Assembly: GCA_002633005.1 (NCBI GenBank)
Contig: NMRA01000152.1
Location: 233,182-297,181, forward strand
DNA: 64,000 nucleotides
Origin: Phoronis australis
Taxonomy: Eukaryota; Animalia; Phoronida
Reading direction: 5' to 3'
Below, piece by piece: positions 51,410 to 64,000 of this stretch; position 1 is the first letter of the stretch; every line of letters starts with the position of its first letter. The notes under the pieces are model-generated. The model was given only the letters and a program-made list of their open reading frames with translations, was not told where the DNA came from and made no database searches. A program made the translations under genes and the position numbers.

Positions 51410-52850
51410 CAGTGGCGGATCTACGTTTTCAGCAAGGGGGGGTTTAGGATCATTCCCGCCAAGGTCGAATCGTAGGCGCGTGGCACCGAGCGGGGGGAGG
51501 TCGGGAGGGGGGTTTCCCCTCCTGTGTAAGATATTTTTGTTTTTGTAGCCAAATAGTGAAATTTCCATGCATCCTGGTAAGTTTCTGGCACTTAACTCTT
51601 GATTTCGTCACATGAACTTGGCACATAAGTTTTGTGAAACCATATTGTGCACATCTGGGTATGAGTCACGCCACCAGGACAAATTTTTGTTGGAAATCCG
51701 GCTTACACACACCTTTTTAGCATACGAAAAGCCGTATACGAAAAAGTGTGGTGTGTATACAGGGGTTTAGACAATTTCCAAATATTCAAGAGCATAATTC
51801 AAGGAGCACCGACGGGGCGTAAAAACTTGAATATCAGATGATCGCGTAACAGCAGCCTCAAGTTGTTTAAGAACGAAGACCTGTACTGTTAGTCCGGAAA
51901 TAGACATGTGTTCTGTATCGTTACGAGAAAAACTGGCGAACGATGGTGCTCTCAACTCATAGTCTATTATTAAAAGCGACAATAAATAATTAGGTATCAC
52001 TTTATTAAGCTGAATCACGTTGACAACAATTGAAAAACGTCAAATCTATCGGGAAACAAATCATCTGAAAACAGTTTCACGAAATCAAAACATCCTGTGC
52101 ACAGTGGTGAAAAGATACACTGGACTAGTTTGCAGAAGGACCAGATGTACACTGAGAGAACACAAAAAGCTGACCTGGTCCGTCACGAGACCAAGAGTAC
52201 ATCTGTGCTTATTATCCCTATAAAAATAGTCGATCTGTCGCGGGACCAAACAGTACTGGCTGAAATAGTTTTACAAAGCACACTTTGGTAAGAAAATCAC
52301 AAGACTACTTCGCCGAGGGACCAGAAGTACACTGAAACTCAACATCTACACAAATCAAGCTGGCCTGGTCCGTCGCGAGACCTAAAGTGTACTATGCAAA
52401 AAATTTTGAATTGAAAACATCTCTCTAAAATTTTAATCCCCAGTGGTTACTCATGCGTTAGTCCTAGCTATCCTTCTGTTGTCCAGACTGCCGAGGAATT
52501 TGTATATCGGATCCAATGATTTGCTCGTCTTGGAACCATTCTACCCAGATATCTTCGATGTTTGTTCCCAACGCTTGCACTTCGTCAACTGCTGTGTCAA
52601 TGAGCTGGTAAGGCTCTACAATGTCAGCATCTCGTTTCACAGCTCAGTTGACACTAAGACCCTTGAGGTTGCCAAGTCCATTCAAAAACTTACATGCGCA
52701 ACTAAATTTGATCGGTTCATCATGGACTACTTCAAACCTCGACGAAGCATCCCATAACCTATTTGCATCTCTTGCAATTTTCGAAATAAACGTCCCAATG
52801 TCTGAACGCTTGATACCCGAAGTACTAATATCAAATAAATGCACATGAGC
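51410..52850. mobile_element. hAT-like element (copy 2) continuing into a hAT transposase remnant
   Basis: Same left TIR and about 1 kb shared with 645-1690. It then continues on the minus strand at 52460-52850 as LKGLSVN*AVKRDADIVEPYQLID...IWVEWFQDEQIIGSDIQIPRQSG, resembling PRKRIR/ZMYM1-type hAT transposases. No right TIR was found before the n at 52941. Confidence 0.7.
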
Positions 52851-55215
52851 ATGAGCGTTTCATCGGGTGAGCCTTTCTGCGGAAATTCCCAGTATAGAAG
52901 ACGGCAGTGTGCTTATTGCAGGTAGACATACGGTAGGTGTNAGGCAAACACCATTCATTCAGAATCAATGATGCTGTTTCATTTATTAACAGTAGGTGTC
53001 GCTGTAATCTTGAGTTGAACTAACATGGCGGTGTACACCGGGAAATAGTGCCAACTGAAATTCAACGATAAAATATGGAGGAAACGCGGTTGGGGATCAA
53101 TTTATATATTTTTGGAAAGATGACGGCGCAAGGAATCGAACGATACCAAAATCATATCTCTGAGTCATTGTCGTCATATTGTAAACAATTACCAGGCGTT
53201 CTTTGCCTCTCATCGTCCCCAATACACTATGTGTCACACTAAAAGGTCCGACACTCAATGTCATAGACCTACGCACATGATTTTGATACGATTCGAATCC
53301 TTGTATTCACCTCCTTCTAGTCTGTTGTAGATGTGCTTCCGTTGAATTATATGAGCCTCTGTTAGCTACTCGCTAACGGCAATTGCCTATTAGCGTAGGG
53401 ACGTGACAAAGTCTTGTCTAAACGCTGATTGGCTTTTCCCAGATATTGCGTAATGGCGATTATCGATAAGANGCACCAAATATATCATGGTGACAAGGCC
53501 AAAGGCAAGAAGGCCCGTGGCCGTGGTCTTGATGAGTGAGTTTAATACAGTGCTAGGGACGTGACAAAGTCTTATCTCAACGCTGATTGGCTTTTCCCAG
53601 ATGTTGCGTAATGGCGATTATCGACTAGACAGCCATTGTTTTACGGTGGCTATAGTATTTCCACTCTCTCTCCTCCAGAAACCAAGAAATCGGGGAACCA
53701 CATTATTGATGACGTAGACCGTAAATTCTTCTGAGCATACGTCATTTTCTTTGTTGAATTTTCATTCTTGTCAAAGCATGTCACTGGTGAGAAGTTGGGG
53801 GAATTTTTTGCTCCTGTTTGACTGCTTGTATTTTGAAAGGTAAGTTATTTTTTCTTATGAAATGTGTTCTTTATTCTTATTTTATATCTTTTGCAACTGC
53901 TCACCAAATTTCAATTCAATCAAATGACCGTATCATGGTCTGCTAACTCTGTAAAAATTAAGACCCGAGGGAGGCATTCTCGCCAACCAGCCATAACGGA
54001 CCAGTGTATCGGCATTGCCGTTTATGGTTAACAATTGCTCTTAAATTAGGTAGATTGACTAGTTTATGTAAATTAATAGCAGAATTGATCAATTTGGATG
54101 AAGTTCCATACATTTTCATGTGTAGTTTTTGTATATCAATGTCGGACTTTGTAAGGTGTAGTATAGGTAATCTTGGGCCGGCGAATTTTGGTCACGTGAT
54201 CAAATCCCAGAGATTTGATTGGCTCAAAACCTGAATTCTTTGATAATGTTGAANGTTTATGGTTAACAATTGCTCTTAAATTAGGTAGATTGACTAGTTT
54301 ATGTAAATTAATAGCAGAATTGATCAATTTGAATGAAGTTCCATACATTTTCATGTGTAGTTTTTGTAAATCAATGACTTTATAAGGTGTAGTATAGGTA
54401 ATCTTGGTCCGGCGAATTTTGGTCACGTGATCAAATCCCAGAGATTTGATTGGCTCAAAACCTGAATTCTTTGATAATGTTGAAGTGTTATTTTGGCTAT
54501 CATTTTCTTCACAATATTGCCATGATTTACTGTTTTTTATGAAATAAAACCACAGTTTGTCAACTCCATATGACAGTAGTGTTTTTGTTGATTTTTTCAT
54601 TGAATAACATAGAATGATTTTCTAATCAAACAGGTTAAAATTTTTTTTCAGTTTGGGACAAGAATAGCTTGCTGATATTGTTGTTCTTTCAAAAGTTAAG
54701 TTGGTGCCTGGAAAGTCATTGAGTAGGTACATCGATTCTTTTACCTTCTTGAGGTATTTGACAAAATATAATTCCACTGTCCTGACATGATATTGTGTCC
54801 ACAACTGGAGAATTTACATTTGTAGTTTTCAAGTTCTTGAAGTACACTTATTAAGGAAAGGAACTGCTCAATTTTTTGAAAAATGATCAATCAATGCATT
54901 TTGTGAACACAAAATGCCTCATAAAAATCAGTGTAAAAAATTCAAACTTTAGTTTTAGGGTTCGTAGTGAGTGTCTAATAGTAATTACAGGACAAGGCAG
55001 TCTGAATCATTTGGTGTACAACAAATATATTATGACGTACTGTACATTGGTATGTTAATTTTCTTACATGTCTTTTTATATTTTCAGAATGCCTCCAAAA
55101 AAGTTGTAAGCTCCATCTCAATCTGGCAAAGCGAGACAGTTCCTGCAAGAGAACTTCAATTCTGTTCCCAGTGAAAACATGAAAAATGGANATTGGTATG
55201 TTAATTTTCTTACAT

Positions 55216-55945
55216 GTCTTTTTTATATTTTCAGAATGCCTCCAAAAAAGTTGTCAGCTCCATCTCGACCTGGCAAAGCGAGACAGTTTCTGCAAGAGAA
55301 CTTCAACTCTGTTCCCAGTGAATACATGGAAAATGGTCATGCCCTCTGTGTTCTTACAGTGCAACAAATCACTGACTGAGATAGTGTCAACTTTAAAGCG
55401 TGAACTTATTGGTAATTGGAAAATGATTAGAAGCAATATATCAACTCGCTGGTGAATAGGTCACTAAAGAGTATCAATCAGTTTCAAATGAAAGAAGCAT
55501 GCCCCAGTTTAAAGTGTGCGAAGAGTTGTTTCCTCTTGTTCCTGAACCCAGTGAAGAACCTGTGTCTTGCGCGGTTGCTGACCCTCACCATGAACCTGTA
55601 TTTCCTGAGCTGACACAACCAGAGCTTGAAGCTGGCCCTTCAGTTGAATCAGAGCCATCCACCTCAACACCATCCTCTAAGCAAGAAGCCCTAACACCAG
55701 GAAACAAAAACTAAAGAGACGGCTACAGTATGTTTCGAAGGAAAAGAAAATCATTCATGACCTCAAGTCTTCACTGAAGTCTGCAAAAGCATGTCAGATC
55801 AAACATTTGACACAGCAGATAAAGCGCNAAAAGAAAAGCATTCATGATCTCAAGTCTTCACTGGAGTCTGCAAAAGCATGTCAGATCAAACATTTGACAC
55901 AGCAGGTAAAGCGCCAGAAAGTTACCACTGAACAAAAGAAAAAAG
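55216..55945 (+). pseudogene. Decayed N-terminal ORF of an unidentified element (MPPKKLSAPSRPGKARQFLQENF...)
   Basis: A splice acceptor (TTTTCAG) precedes ATG. The reading has stops and frameshifts and continues into a Pro/Glu/Ser-rich segment and a basic coiled coil (KLKRRLQYVSKEKK..HDLKSSL..IKHLTQQ.KR). Family not recognised. Confidence 0.35.
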
Positions 55946-57419
55946 GAATCGGTTTGTGTGCCCCCAAGGGCAACTTTTTTGTGTGTTTTTCTTGTGTATC
56001 TTTAGAGTTCATTGATGGATTTTCATGAAACTTGGTACATAGGTTTCTATTAAGGAGACTGCAATGCATTCCCATTTTCAGACATATTTGATGTATTCTG
56101 CATTACCTAAATTTTCTAGTGCATTTGCTCCATCCGCATTGCACCCCCTAGTGGGATTAAAATAACGACGATCCTTTGTATCTGTGCGATGCACTTAGTG
56201 TGCCCCTGTATTTGTTACAGATGGACTTTTGAACCTCTGGGTAGTCTTGTCGCCAGTCAAGCAAAAATTTGTTCTTAAAGTTGAACGAATCTCGTTTTGG
56301 TTTCATTTGTCTTGTAAAATTGTATTACTACAACTACTTTGCTGTTATGGGTGGCAGCCATCTTGGCAGCCATTTTGTACAAAATAAACATGTATGTATA
56401 ACACAATTGTATGATATCCTTGCAGTTCATAAAAACACCTTTAATATTGACGTGTACATCATGGTTGCCGAGTNGCAGCCATCTTGGCAGCCATTTTGTA
56501 CAAAATAAACATGTATGCATAACACAATTGTATGATATCCTTGCAGTTCATAAAAACACCTGTAATATTGACTTATGCATCATGGTTGCTGAATCAATCT
56601 TCTGGTGGTCGTTAATGCAGTAATGTTGGCAGCCATTTTGGCAGCTATTGCAGAAATGTTGTAAATATTACCTAAACATGTTTTTCATCATTCTCTTCAA
56701 AAAAGCAATGAAAAAACCTATCATTTGATATATTACACCATATAGTTCGTTAATGGTATATTACACCATATAGTTCGTTAACGTAAAATAAGACGTTTTG
56801 CAGTCGTAATGGTGGCCATATTGTCCGCCATTTTGGAATTTGGAATTTTTTGTTGTCTTAAAAATGTCTCTCACTAGGTAAATGTCATATCCTGAAATTT
56901 TTACGTTGTTATTAAAAGTATTGAGGAAGTTATTGTGAAAAAACTAATTTTGGGTCACATATACACGCATTCATTTACNCAAACTTAAGATTTGTCTTAA
57001 AATTGACTTAAGTTTAAGATTTGTCTTAGCTAAGTCAGTTTTGTTGGAACGGGCCCCTTGTGTCTTAGAAGGCAAGTACCACAGATCATCATACTATAAA
57101 AAATAGAAAGACAAAGATTGTGAAGAGTGACAAATCCAAAGTTTTCAGAGATGTTTTCTACAGTTTTGTTTTGAGTTCATTGAATCAAAGCTTCTAACAC
57201 ATGGAGATGTCCGGCATTTGCCTTTCAAAACTAAAGCAAGACTTTGAAGCTGTTCTTCAGAAAGGTGGTGTGCATGAATTGGACAGGCAGTCTTAAGAAA
57301 TGACTGTTGACGCTATTCACTGTTGTAGTTTGTGCCCGACTGAGATATGAAAGTGAATTGAGGCTAGTGTTCAATAATTCACTTGCTGACTCTAATTAAC
57401 ACAGCTCATTATAGCATAT

Positions 57420-57730
57420 TTTGACTCAAACGTTTGCTCAAATCCTGCCAACCTCCAAACAAGGTCTTAGTGTTTGACCCTTCATTGCATGTGGGCCAAT
57501 CGTCAGTGTGCAGTGCTATACCCTCTCTAATCGACCATAGTTGGCTCCTTGGCGGTGGAGCTTTGCAGTTAAAATGTATGGTAATGCCCGCAGCTCCATT
57601 GACGGTACTAAACGATGAACGCTGCGGGTGCAGGAAGAACATGTGTGCTGGGAAACTGTGTTTGATCTGCAATGCTGGGTCAAACAGTACAGAAATGTGC
57701 AGCTGTGACAACTGTAGTAACATCAGCAAC
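57420..57730 (+). pseudogene. Cys-rich C-terminus of a decayed DNA transposase (Academ/CXC-type)
   Basis: PSLIDHSWLL...MVMPAAPLTVLNDERCGCRKNMCAGKLCLICNAGSNSTEMCSCDNCSN fits the P..HGW...PAP..L...CxC...C...CxC...CT..CxC..CxN tail of this transposase class. Confidence 0.55.
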
Positions 57731-57822
57731 ACGACTGGATTTTTTTTGATCAATTCATAGAAAGTACATACTTTGTCATTGTCATGTATTTGTCTCATAC
57801 TGCTTGATAAACGCTGTCAGAA

Positions 57823-58476
57823 CAAGGCTCGACATAACGAGCTGCAGGTCGCACTTGCGACCTGAAATTTGGAAATGCTAGCTGAGATTTTTGTCAGCTC
57901 GTATCAACTCGAAAATGCGACAAGGAATTCTCAACGTATGCGAGCTGAGTTTTTACACTTCTCGACAGATACCTGGCAAATATAAAGCAACTCTTGTGAA
58001 TCCTACCGTTATTTGGTTAATGCCAAATCCAAGTTCAAAATAACACTAATCGAGAACAACCCTCCCGACGACTTGTAAGCAAGTCGCGTGAACATGGGAT
58101 ATGCAGAATCGATCTTTGACGCGTTTCATTGGCTAACATTTTCGGCAACTTTTGTAAATTTATAGCCAATGAAACGCGTCAAAGATCGATTCTGCATATC
58201 CCATGTTCACGCGACTTGCTTACAAGTCATCGGGAGGGTTGTTCTCGATTAGTGTTCTTTTGAACTTGGATTTGACAACAACCAAATAACGGTCGGATTC
58301 ACAAGAGTTGCTTTATATTTGCCAGGTATCTGTCTAGAAGTTTAAAAACTCAGCTCGCATACGTTGAAAATTCCAGGTCGCATTTTACGAGTTGATACGA
58401 GCTGACAAAAATCTCAGCTGGCATTTCCAAATTTCAAGTCGCAAATGCGACCTGCAGCTCGTTATGTCGAGCACTG
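57823..58476. repeat. Long inverted repeat / foldback MITE: two arms of about 313 bp around a 27-bp spacer
   Basis: 57823-58135 is nearly the reverse complement of 58163-58476. The termini CAAGGCTCGACATAACG and CGTTATGTCGAGCACTG are hAT-like. No TSD found. Confidence 0.92.
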
Positions 58477-61400
58477 AAAAGGTGGCCACTTGAATGTCAT
58501 CAATGGCCTCCTTCAAGGGCGGGGCCCCTAAGTATTTTCAAATATCAAGAAATGCGCAGCAACTGATCTTATCTGTCAGGTGATCAATTTTTCTCAAGCG
58601 ATATACGGTTTCGAGAAAAGAATAAAGCGAAAGTTGTCTCCGTTATCACTTGCCAGAGAGGGGACTCTAGAAAAAATTGTTTTGTATTCGCAAACTTGAC
58701 TTATTGAATTTAAACATCTAGTAAATTAGTACGCTCCGCAAAAGCTTTGCTTCACAAGTTGTCTCGAATTTCGAAATACAAGTGTGCGTTTAGACGACCT
58801 GTGCTGCAAAAGCGAAGGCCATAACGATAGTGTCCTGGCTGGGGTAAACCATGCACCGATGCAGATTTGTTAAATGTTCTCTTGGATTTTCTCTCTTATC
58901 CGTTTTTCGCTGTCTTTCTTTTCTCGACTGTCCCCGGCACCACGCCTATGTCAGTTGCCAAGGTTTAACCTAGACGTCTGAAATTTTTTGGAGCCCTCCC
59001 GTTCCCCCGCTTCCTACGACCCTGTATGAACTTAACGGAATAAAGACCGTGAACAATGAAAAGTGTCCTGTGCTCAATCAATTCTGTTTAGCAAGTGATG
59101 AAACACTTCATTTGAGTGGTTGTCTTACGTCAACCATTGCATGGCACGATATTTCAGTCTTGGTATGTTTCCCAGCAGTGTTAAGTAATAGTTCACTGCC
59201 CTTGGAATTGGTAGCAATTTTCCATTGTTTGGTGGGTGGTACCAAATTCAAGATTGTGGACACAGCGTCAGTTTAGTTTAAACTACGGAAAAATTAAATT
59301 GATTTCTAAGAATCCTCCACGAAGTGAGTGTCTTGTCTTATACTATATTTTTATTACGTCATACTAGTTTTGTAGAAGCATTGTTTGAAGTGTAGACTGA
59401 AGAAAGTGTAACTTAGTTTATGCACAGTATACTGTGATGGCAGTGTTAACCGTGAATCAAGTCACACTGAGTCTTTGTTTTTAGTGAAGTTGTCATTCAA
59501 ATTAGTGCATACAGTACACAGATAATTGCAAAGTTTTAATCTGAAGTAGTCTTTTACTCATGCTAGTAAATAATTTGAGAATTTGCGACTACACGATTAG
59601 GAGTTTTAGTACATTTAGCATGCCACGCTAATGTTGTCTAGACGTTTATTTAGCAATCTGCTATTGCGTTATGTTAGTATCAGTTTTATAGTCTATGTTA
59701 GTGATGAGTTTTTTATCATTTCTAAGTCGGTTGAAGACCATAGTACTCTGAATGGAATTTGTTATAATTTCATTTTAGATCGAATAAAAACATTGTAGGT
59801 ACTTTGGTATTCCATCGACGGCACAGTATTTGTCCCTGTGTTTACGGTAGGTGCTGGTTTACATAACATAATTAATGAGATAAATCACAAAAATAGAAAA
59901 CATGAATACAGGTAAAAGTTAAAACCACCAAGAACCAATCCATCCACGGGGTGTGATTAGCTGATAAACACGTGAAAAATCATCAGTAACACCAGTGTCC
60001 AAAAACACTTACAAGCGGAATAAAAACGAGTAAAAATGTTGGAAAGGAAATCCTGATAAAACCTCACCCAATTTTGGATAAAAAGCTGTTATATCTTAAG
60101 AATTAATTGCAAGATTAATCCTGCACATAGTATCTAGCGAAGTCTACTTGATGACGTCATTGCAGATTGAAGTGAACTAATCGCTATTCATGAGCTGTCC
60201 GGATGTGCATTAGATGAGTTATATGCGGTCGTAAGCCAATGCGCCTGTATGGCGTACGAGTTTCAAAGTAAAAAAAACATTAAATAAGGCAAACGACCTA
60301 CATGGCTGTTTTTAAAATTCAAAAGTAAATGTAAGCAGTCTTCATTTTTAAAATTGATGCATTATTAACGAGAAATTATCGATTTTTTTTCAGGATCGGC
60401 TAAGCCACGCGCATTAATTTGTGAATCGGTTAGGACGTCGGGTTAATAACAGTCAGAAATAATTTCGCTTCGGCGTTGAGGTAACAAAACCACAAATGTT
60501 AGCATAGGAGTTGCACCGTGAGCATAACAACACATAAATGCATACATGTAGGTACATATATGCTTTATTCAATGTTTCTTTGAGGAGCTCAAAATTGCAA
60601 ATTCGTTTAATCAGATTTTGGTAAGATCGGGGTCGAGTATTTGATATTTCATTTACAATACGAACATGATTATAGGCCTACATGTAGCATGTGCAAACTA
60701 CCTACACACAGTCTACAATATTTCTACACATGTTCTCACACGTAATTCTATTTACAAAGAATACACAGTTATTTACAATTTGGGAGGATATCTTATTTCC
60801 AGTATTAACTGTACCTCATCCTTAATATTATGGGATCACAAAAGAAATCAATAGTTGCTGTTCCCATGCATTTACATTTTGTCCGCCAAAAGAGGTAGAT
60901 TTTCCTTAGTTCAATTCAACTTGACATTCGACGTCTCCGTTGACCTTTAGTTTTAACTTGCATCCATGAAATAATACCAGAAATGGACTCTCCCAGAAAA
61001 CATTAGAAACGATACTTTGCAGGATCCTAAAAGCCATCTTATTGAGAAGATGGAAATTGGATGACATTCAAAAAATACTCAAGGTAGCACTGGTTTAATT
61101 TTGTGCTCTTAACCACACATTATAAATTTCCAAACGAAAACTTCACAGTAAACAACAGTGCACAGTCAACTTTCTCCGTCATGATGACACGAGAACCTTG
61201 GGGTTACAGGTACACAGTGTCCACACCTTTTTGTTTTGATTCATTGCCAGAGTAAACATCACCAATACGAACGCCAGGGACATCGTGCATTGAAAAAGGA
61301 CCGCGTTGTTGAAAGTTGCACTTACCATGTCTAAAATACCATACCCTCGCAACACTTCGCAACAAATTTATTCTTCGAAACTGGTGGAACATGTCTCACA

Positions 61401-61754
61401 GTTTTAAGAGCCAAGTCCCAGTCTTGTTCACATCTGAAGCCGAAATAACATAAAATGTGTACCCCCATAGCAAAAAGCCACATGCGATTACAGAATTTAT
61501 TTACCTGCCGCCGAAGGGTTATGTCTATAGGCAAGAAAGTGACTTGCAACAGATATATAGTGATATCATAGATTTTAATGTTTTAAGTAAACTAAACTAA
61601 ACTAGATTGTTCTTGCAGAGTATTTCAACGCCCGCACTGGCACTATCAATGACCTTGTTGTTGACAGCAGAAAATATTTCCCCATTATAGAAGATAGCTG
61701 TGAATATGTAGAGGATGATTTCGCCAAACCAAGGATGTCAAAATTTTGGTAAAA

Positions 61755-62350
61755 CAAAAGAATAACAAGTCTCCCGGAGAAGACGGCATACCTGCTGAGT
61801 TCTATAAGTGCTGTAAAACTTCTCCACAAACGTTTCAATAGAATTTTCAATACCGGACACTGCGCATCCCAGTGGTCAAAAGGTACTATTGTGCCGTGTT
61901 ACAAAAACGGCGACTGAGCTAATCCACCTAATTATAGAGGGGTCACCGTTATAGCTAGTATTAATACACTTTGTACAATTATTCTTTATTCTCAGATAGT
62001 TGGATGGTCGAATAATGTATCCCGGAAGAACAGGCAGGCTTTCGGATTGGATACTCTACAGTCGAAGTTTTTAACCTACGTAGCATCATTCAGAGACATG
62101 ACACTAAACGGAAGGGGACATATATTGCGCATTCATTGATTTTAGTAATGCATTTGATAGTGTATATATTTTCCGTTTATTTTATGCCCTTTTAACCACA
62201 GGCTTGCAATGAAAAACGTATAACACTTTGCCCAGTATGTACGACTGTGTACAATCGTGTGTTATGGTACAGCCACAGATAACGCCCTATGATAACTGTG
62301 TAGTTGGTTTCCGGCAAGGATGGGTTTTAAGTCCCTGGCTGTTTTCGGTC
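61755..62350 (+). mobile_element. Decayed non-LTR retrotransposon RT fragment (CR1/L2/RTE-X-like)
   Basis: Frameshifted motifs KNNKSPGEDGIPAEFYK, WSKGTIVPCYKNGD*ANPPNYRGVT, EEQAGFRIGYST, CAFIDFSNAFDSV and GFRQGWVLSPWLF. Confidence 0.85.
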
Positions 62351-62389
62351 GTTCAAATCAAAGTTTCTAATCTATGTCAGAATCCTTCT

Positions 62390-62975
62390 TGGATGTCAAC
62401 CAACTAGTAAGGTGTACACCTCAGTTGGATGACAACCAACAAGAACACGCCACCTTGGGGTTGGTTGACATCCAACATCCAATACCTGCCTCACCTGGTG
62501 GCCAATTATGAAGCTATACAAAGGGACACATAGTTGGTTAGTTGGTTGAGATCCAATATCTAATAGCTGCCCTCACCTGGAAATCACACGATCACTGGCA
62601 GATACAGGTAAGATGTAATTAGTTGATTGACACCAACATCCAATAGCTGCTCCACCTGGTGGTCAAACGATCACTGACTTATAAGGTGTAATTAGTTGGT
62701 TGACACCCAACATCCAATTGCTGCTCCACCTGGTGGTCAAACGATCACTGGCAGATACAGGTAAGATGTAGATAGTTGGTTGACATCCAATATCCAGTAG
62801 CTGCTCCACCTGGTGGTCAAACGATCACTGGCTGATACAGGTAAGATGTAGTTAGTTGGTTGACATCCTCATCTAATAGCTGCTCCACCTGGTGGTCAAA
62901 CGAACACTAGCTGATACAGCTAAGGTGTAGTTAGTTGGCTGACATCTAAGATCCAATAGCTGCCCCACCTGGTGC
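62390..62975. repeat. About 80-bp tandem repeat (about 7 units) containing CCACCTGGTGG
   Basis: Unit TAGTTGGTTGACATCCAATATCCAATAGCTGCTCCACCTGGTGGTCAAACGATCACTGGCAGATACAGGTAAGATGTA. Cores start at 62652, 62726, 62806, 62885 and 62965, with degenerate copies upstream. Confidence 0.92.
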
Positions 62976-64000
62976 CGATCGAGACGACGGTAAACGCATG
63001 CGGTTGCAAGCTGTTTTGTCGAAGTAAAATGGTCAAATCATAAATGCTGCATATATTCAAGGGTAGTTTCAGACACTTGCATGAAATTACGGGCTGGTTA
63101 GTACATCTTATATATTTCCACAAAAAAAAACACGAAAATTGAACAGTTTCTTTTTTGTAGCAACGTTTGTCAAAATGTATCAACGTTAAATCTTCACAAA
63201 TTACAAAGTAGCCGATTGAACATGCCTTTCAGTTCAGCAAAAGTCGCCTTGTTGTCGGTGCCGCCAGAAATGAGACGAACGGTTCAACGGGAATTGTGAG
63301 CACATTTATCACTTAATGAGTAACAACTGCGAGGCTGAAATTTGGTGAACCCTACTAACTAAATTTCACCGTAATTTGTTGGCGAAAACAATTTACACAA
63401 ATTTTTAAACTCGTAACTTATCCCGCTGTCCTCCAATATGGCCGACGTGATCCAAACAAAGTGACCCAAATTTCGTCACAAAACTAGCAATAACTTTACA
63501 CTGCTTGCCCCGATTTTGATACTTTTTCGATTTTTACTGAGTAGAATGCACTACCTTTCCGATGATAGCAAAGTCCTTTTTCAAAACGAGAAAAAATAAA
63601 ACCGAAAAAAATTGGTTCGACTCATATTGGTTCCTAGGTTCGACCGGCCTACGTAAGGAACTAAACACCAATGCTATTTTAACATAATAAGTACGCGTAA
63701 CATTCCAAAAAAATTCAACGACCACTAACTACAAACTATAAATACAGTACATATGCAAACGAATCACGAGATATTACTAATAAAACAAAATAATGAAGAT
63801 TTTTCGAGCAAGCGATAGCACATTCAGTTACAAGGAAAAAATGGCGGCGTTCAGGACAAGTTCCTGAACTGATGAGCCGGAAATGTGGGTACGGAAATAA
63901 CCGATGACAACCGGTAATCATACGCTCAGAGAGAAGGGTCAAATACTGTTCAAAAATCGCTTTTGGCAAGAAAGGCGAAAAGAATATAAAGAAAGGGTGT

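Larger units (their letters stand above)
45909..57056 (+). mobile_element. PIF/Harbinger DNA transposon with nested insertions
   Basis: Left end GTCCTCGTTCCAAGAAACTGACTTA; reverse complement of the right end GGGCCCGTTCCAACAAAACTGACTTA. Both subtermini (45920-46095 and 56980-57040) hold clustered CTTAAG/GACTTAAG palindromes. It encloses the transposase and the Myb-like gene. The TSD is not clean, and the right end follows an n join at 56979. Confidence 0.75.

Noticed and set aside
53390-56590. Several short direct duplications (about 53395/53555, 54020/54255, 55045/55192, 55740/55829, 56355/56475)
   Set aside because: Each pair abuts or straddles a single n (53472, 54254, 55191, 55828, 56474), indicating contig-overlap artefacts.

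Overview
Metazoan (invertebrate-like) genomic DNA that is AT-rich, intron-containing and transposon-dense, with scaffold gaps and many single-n joins. The genes were reconstructed by hand from GT-AG splice sites and exon phases. (1) An intact 10-exon SLC22 organic cation/anion transporter gene (14136-33305, +, 579 aa); its first coding exon end and splice donor have been amplified into a 55/110-bp tandem array. (2) An unrecognised 4-exon small gene (38911-43146, +, about 132 aa) with an MGC N-terminus, a Pro/Gln-rich middle with a PPxY motif, and a (GGGC)n tail. (3) A PIF/Harbinger transposon (about 45.9-57.1 kb) with an intact 4-exon DDE transposase and a convergent Myb/SANT-type partner gene broken by a nested hAT insertion. 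Other elements: an L1/Tx1-type LINE with intact ends and an internal deletion, a piggyBac derivative, several hAT-like and Harbinger-like MITEs, tRNA-derived SINEs, Helentron-like repeats, a 650-bp foldback, an RT fragment and an 80-bp satellite carrying CTCF-like motifs. Family assignments come from motif recognition, not database searches.
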